The notes under the pieces are model-generated. The model saw nothing but the letters and a program-made list of their open reading frames with translations, did no database searches and had not been told where the DNA came from. A DNA stretch of 64,000 nt, from assembly GCA_965214225.1 (NCBI GenBank), contig OZ243942.1, positions 1,227,774 to 1,291,773 of the forward strand, in the 5' to 3' direction. How positions within the stretch are numbered: position 1 is the first letter of the stretch; each line of letters opens with the position of its first letter. Source of the DNA: Polyangiales bacterium (GTDB taxonomy: Bacteria > Myxococcota_A > Polyangia > Polyangiales > CBDCBC01). Positions 61,796-64,000 of the stretch are shown here, piece by piece. The position numbers and the translations under genes were made by a program.

Positions 61796-62334
61796 GTGCC
61801 CCTTCTCGACTACGCGCCCGACTTCGTCGCCGAGTTTGCCGAGGGTGCTCAGATGCCGGCGCTCAAGCAAGTGGCGAATCGTTCTTATCAGCTCATCCGC
61901 AAGGCGGTCGCTCCGGCTGGCTTAATTTATCAAATCGCTCAGCCTGGCGTTGAAACGATCCTGCCCGGCTTAAACCTTCAAATCTTTTCGCCAAACGACG
62001 TGGTGCAGGTGTCAAGCAGCGCCATTGTCGGCAACTATTCCGCCAAAGGCCTTCCTGATATTTCGCGCAACGTGCTCGAGTTTGCGCTTGAACATCATCC
62101 AAACTTCGCCTTTACTACCGCGGCAGCACCGGAGAAATGGTTCATGAAGACAAAATGGCTGATGGCGTGACACTGTCAGTTCTTTATCGCCTCGCATCGC
62201 GTTTGAAGCACACGCGTGGGCAAAAAACGTTCTTGTCGCCACTCATCCATGCGGCAGATCGCTTTGCACAAGCGCCCAGCAAACCGCACCTCTATCAAGC
62301 GGCGCAGCTTCTGCTTACGTTGCAGTCAGTTTAG
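61796..62334 (+). pseudogene. Probable frameshifted, 5'-truncated gene remnant of unknown function
   Basis: Two overlapping ORFs join into one protein-like sequence (...HPNFAF-YYRGSTGEMVHEDK...) if one base is restored at TTTACTACC near 62112. Confidence 0.45.
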
Positions 62335-63058
62335 ATGCGCAGGGGCGCGATGTAGCCACCCCTCAACGCTATTGAAACATCCGGGTCGGTCGTTGCGTGA
62401 ACCGGTTCACGCGCTTGCGGCGCAGCAAGGCACTTGGACGTCGATGGAGAGAAGCATCGCGACGTCCTCGTGCGGACCACCTCATGCTGGATGAAGATGT
62501 AGCTCATAAGCTCAAGGGCGCGGGGAAGGCCTCTCCAGCCTTAATCGGCGTCATCGGGCGAACATACGTCTCGAGTTCGGCGAGAGTTTGCGTCTTCATA
62601 TCAAACGGACATCACGCTACAGCTTGCGCGAAGCGCTCCGGAGTCGCGCGACCCTGTCGTACGTCAACTGTTGTCCCAATCGGATGTAGTTGAGCGGCTG
62701 TGCGTGCCCACGATTCCTACTCTCGCTCTCATAGGACGACTATCAAATTCTCCGCAGGGATCTTCTTACGCTACCGAGCTTTGGTCACATCTGGCCAGGA
62801 TCCCTCTGACTGGTCTTCGGGAAGTTCTTCTCCGCCTCGCGTGTCGCCTCCTCGCGCAAAACTGTGTTGCTGAGTCGGAGGCTTGGCAGCAGAGCCTTAA
62901 AAGCGGGCCGCAATCGGCTTGGGGGTGAAAGTCGCGGGACCCGAGGAGGTCATGTCATTACCCCCAACATGAGTAGTATCGGGACTTAGGTCGTGGTATG
63001 GTTCCATCATAGTGCTTATTTTCTTCGAGAGCCGCATTGATGTTCGCATGCGACATTC

Positions 63059-64000
63059 ATGACTCTGCATTCCAATGTCTCTGTGGTCACATCAGGTTTG
63101 GGTAGCAAACCTGACCACCGGAGCACGTGGGGAACAAGGCGGAACTGTGGCGTTCCGTCACGCAGGCATAAGCTTCTGTTCGTTATCCCACTTATCAGCC
63201 TGATCTACTGCACAAGCCAATCAGAGTCCTTCGAAACCAACGCCTCTGGCGAGAGCGAACACGATGGTTGCGCTAAGGAGCCGCTAATCGTCATCACGGA
63301 CATGGAACCGGACGATGTCGTTGCCATACATGCCTATGCAAGCGAACTGTCGCAGAGGACCGTTCTGTACGGGACAACTCTAAAACACACATCGATCAAG
63401 GCGGCGCGACTTGAAAGACTTCTTAATCAACTGGGAATCAAACACAGCGGGGTCTTGCCGGGAACTGGGGGAGACCCTGAAGACTATCCCGATTTTGATT
63501 CGTTAGCTGCAGCCAAGAGCTACGCGAAAGAGGGCGAAGGCATTCTGGCAGAGGAACTGCTCGCAGATCTTCGAGATCTCCCAGCCTCCTCAGACGATCT
63601 CGCTCGAGGGATCGCTAGCTTTTTAACTGAGCATCGAAACGTGGAAGTGCAGCTACTAACGGCGCCCACCGATCTGTCGAAAGCTCTGACCATCGAGCCG
63701 GCGCTAGCGCGAAATATTGGGCGAATCGTATTTATGGGCGGATGGTCAGAGACTGTTGAACGTGGCGCGCTCAATCGGTTTGCAACCTTCAACTGGCTTG
63801 TAGACGCACAAGCGACGCAAGATCTGCTCGACATTGTCGAAAACAACCAGATAGCGACGGTGCTGTTTTCGTCTCATGTCGTCAAACCTGCGTTCAATGG
63901 AGGTTCCATCAACCGGGATGGTTATCCCCAATTATTTGAAACTATTGATGGTTTGGTTGAAGCCGATAGTGGCACCTCGCTCAAAAGCTTAGCGGAATGG
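63059..64000 (+). CDS. Inosine/uridine-preferring nucleoside hydrolase-like protein, possibly a lipoprotein; runs off the window end
   Basis: Own translation, open to base 64000: IVITDMEPDD, LLTAPTDLSKAL.IEP.L..NIGRIVFMGG, FNWLVDAQA; KLLFVIPLISLIYC leader. Missing from the ORF track because there is no stop codon in the window. Confidence 0.8.
   Translation, partial: MTLHSNVSVVTSGLGSKPDHRSTWGTRRNCGVPSRRHKLLFVIPLISLIYCTSQSESFETNASGESEHDGCAKEPLIVITDMEPDDVVAIHAYASELSQRTVLYGTTLKHTSIKAARLERLLNQLGIKHSGVLPGTGGDPEDYPDFDSLAAAKSYAKEGEGILAEELLADLRDLPASSDDLARGIASFLTEHRNVEVQLLTAPTDLSKALTIEPALARNIGRIVFMGGWSETVERGALNRFATFNWLVDAQATQDLLDIVENNQIATVLFSSHVVKPAFNGGSINRDGYPQLFETIDGLVEADSGTSLKSLAEW

Overview
GC-rich bacterial chromosomal segment, most consistent with a myxobacterium (Myxococcota-like). 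This is inferred from a DnaK paralog with a J/TPR partner, an RpoH-like sigma factor, an FHA-sigma54 activator, a REC-XRE regulator and a MYXO-CTERM-like Cys-rich protein. Gene content is mostly housekeeping: argB-argD-argF-(J, dnaK)-argG, hslVU, a GldA/F/G-like ABC cluster, rsmB, tRNA-Pro(CGG), an Fe-S oxidoreductase, rseP, nadE, an RND efflux operon, glmS, an M16 peptidase pair and cinA. No transposase, integrase, CRISPR or known defence system is visible. The unusual signal is non-coding. (1) A modular, hairpin-rich dispersed repeat family occurs at four intergenic loci (10.5, 28.5, 33.1 and 35.9-37.1 kb). It includes a tandem array of 274-346 bp units, a ~100-nt core whose stems covary between copies, and microsatellite tails. 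(2) A second ~31-bp REP-like family has four copies. (3) Short tandem duplications are pervasive and often contain gene stop codons or, in one case, a -35 box. (4) A 6S-RNA-like long hairpin lies at ~57.1-57.3 kb. Other points: an isolated FliO-like/SctR(FliP) pair, a CarH-like MerR regulator divergent from the RpoH-like sigma, paired TyrR-box-like palindromes, a deleted Kef antiporter remnant, and a nucleoside-hydrolase-like ORF running off the right end that is absent from the ORF track.
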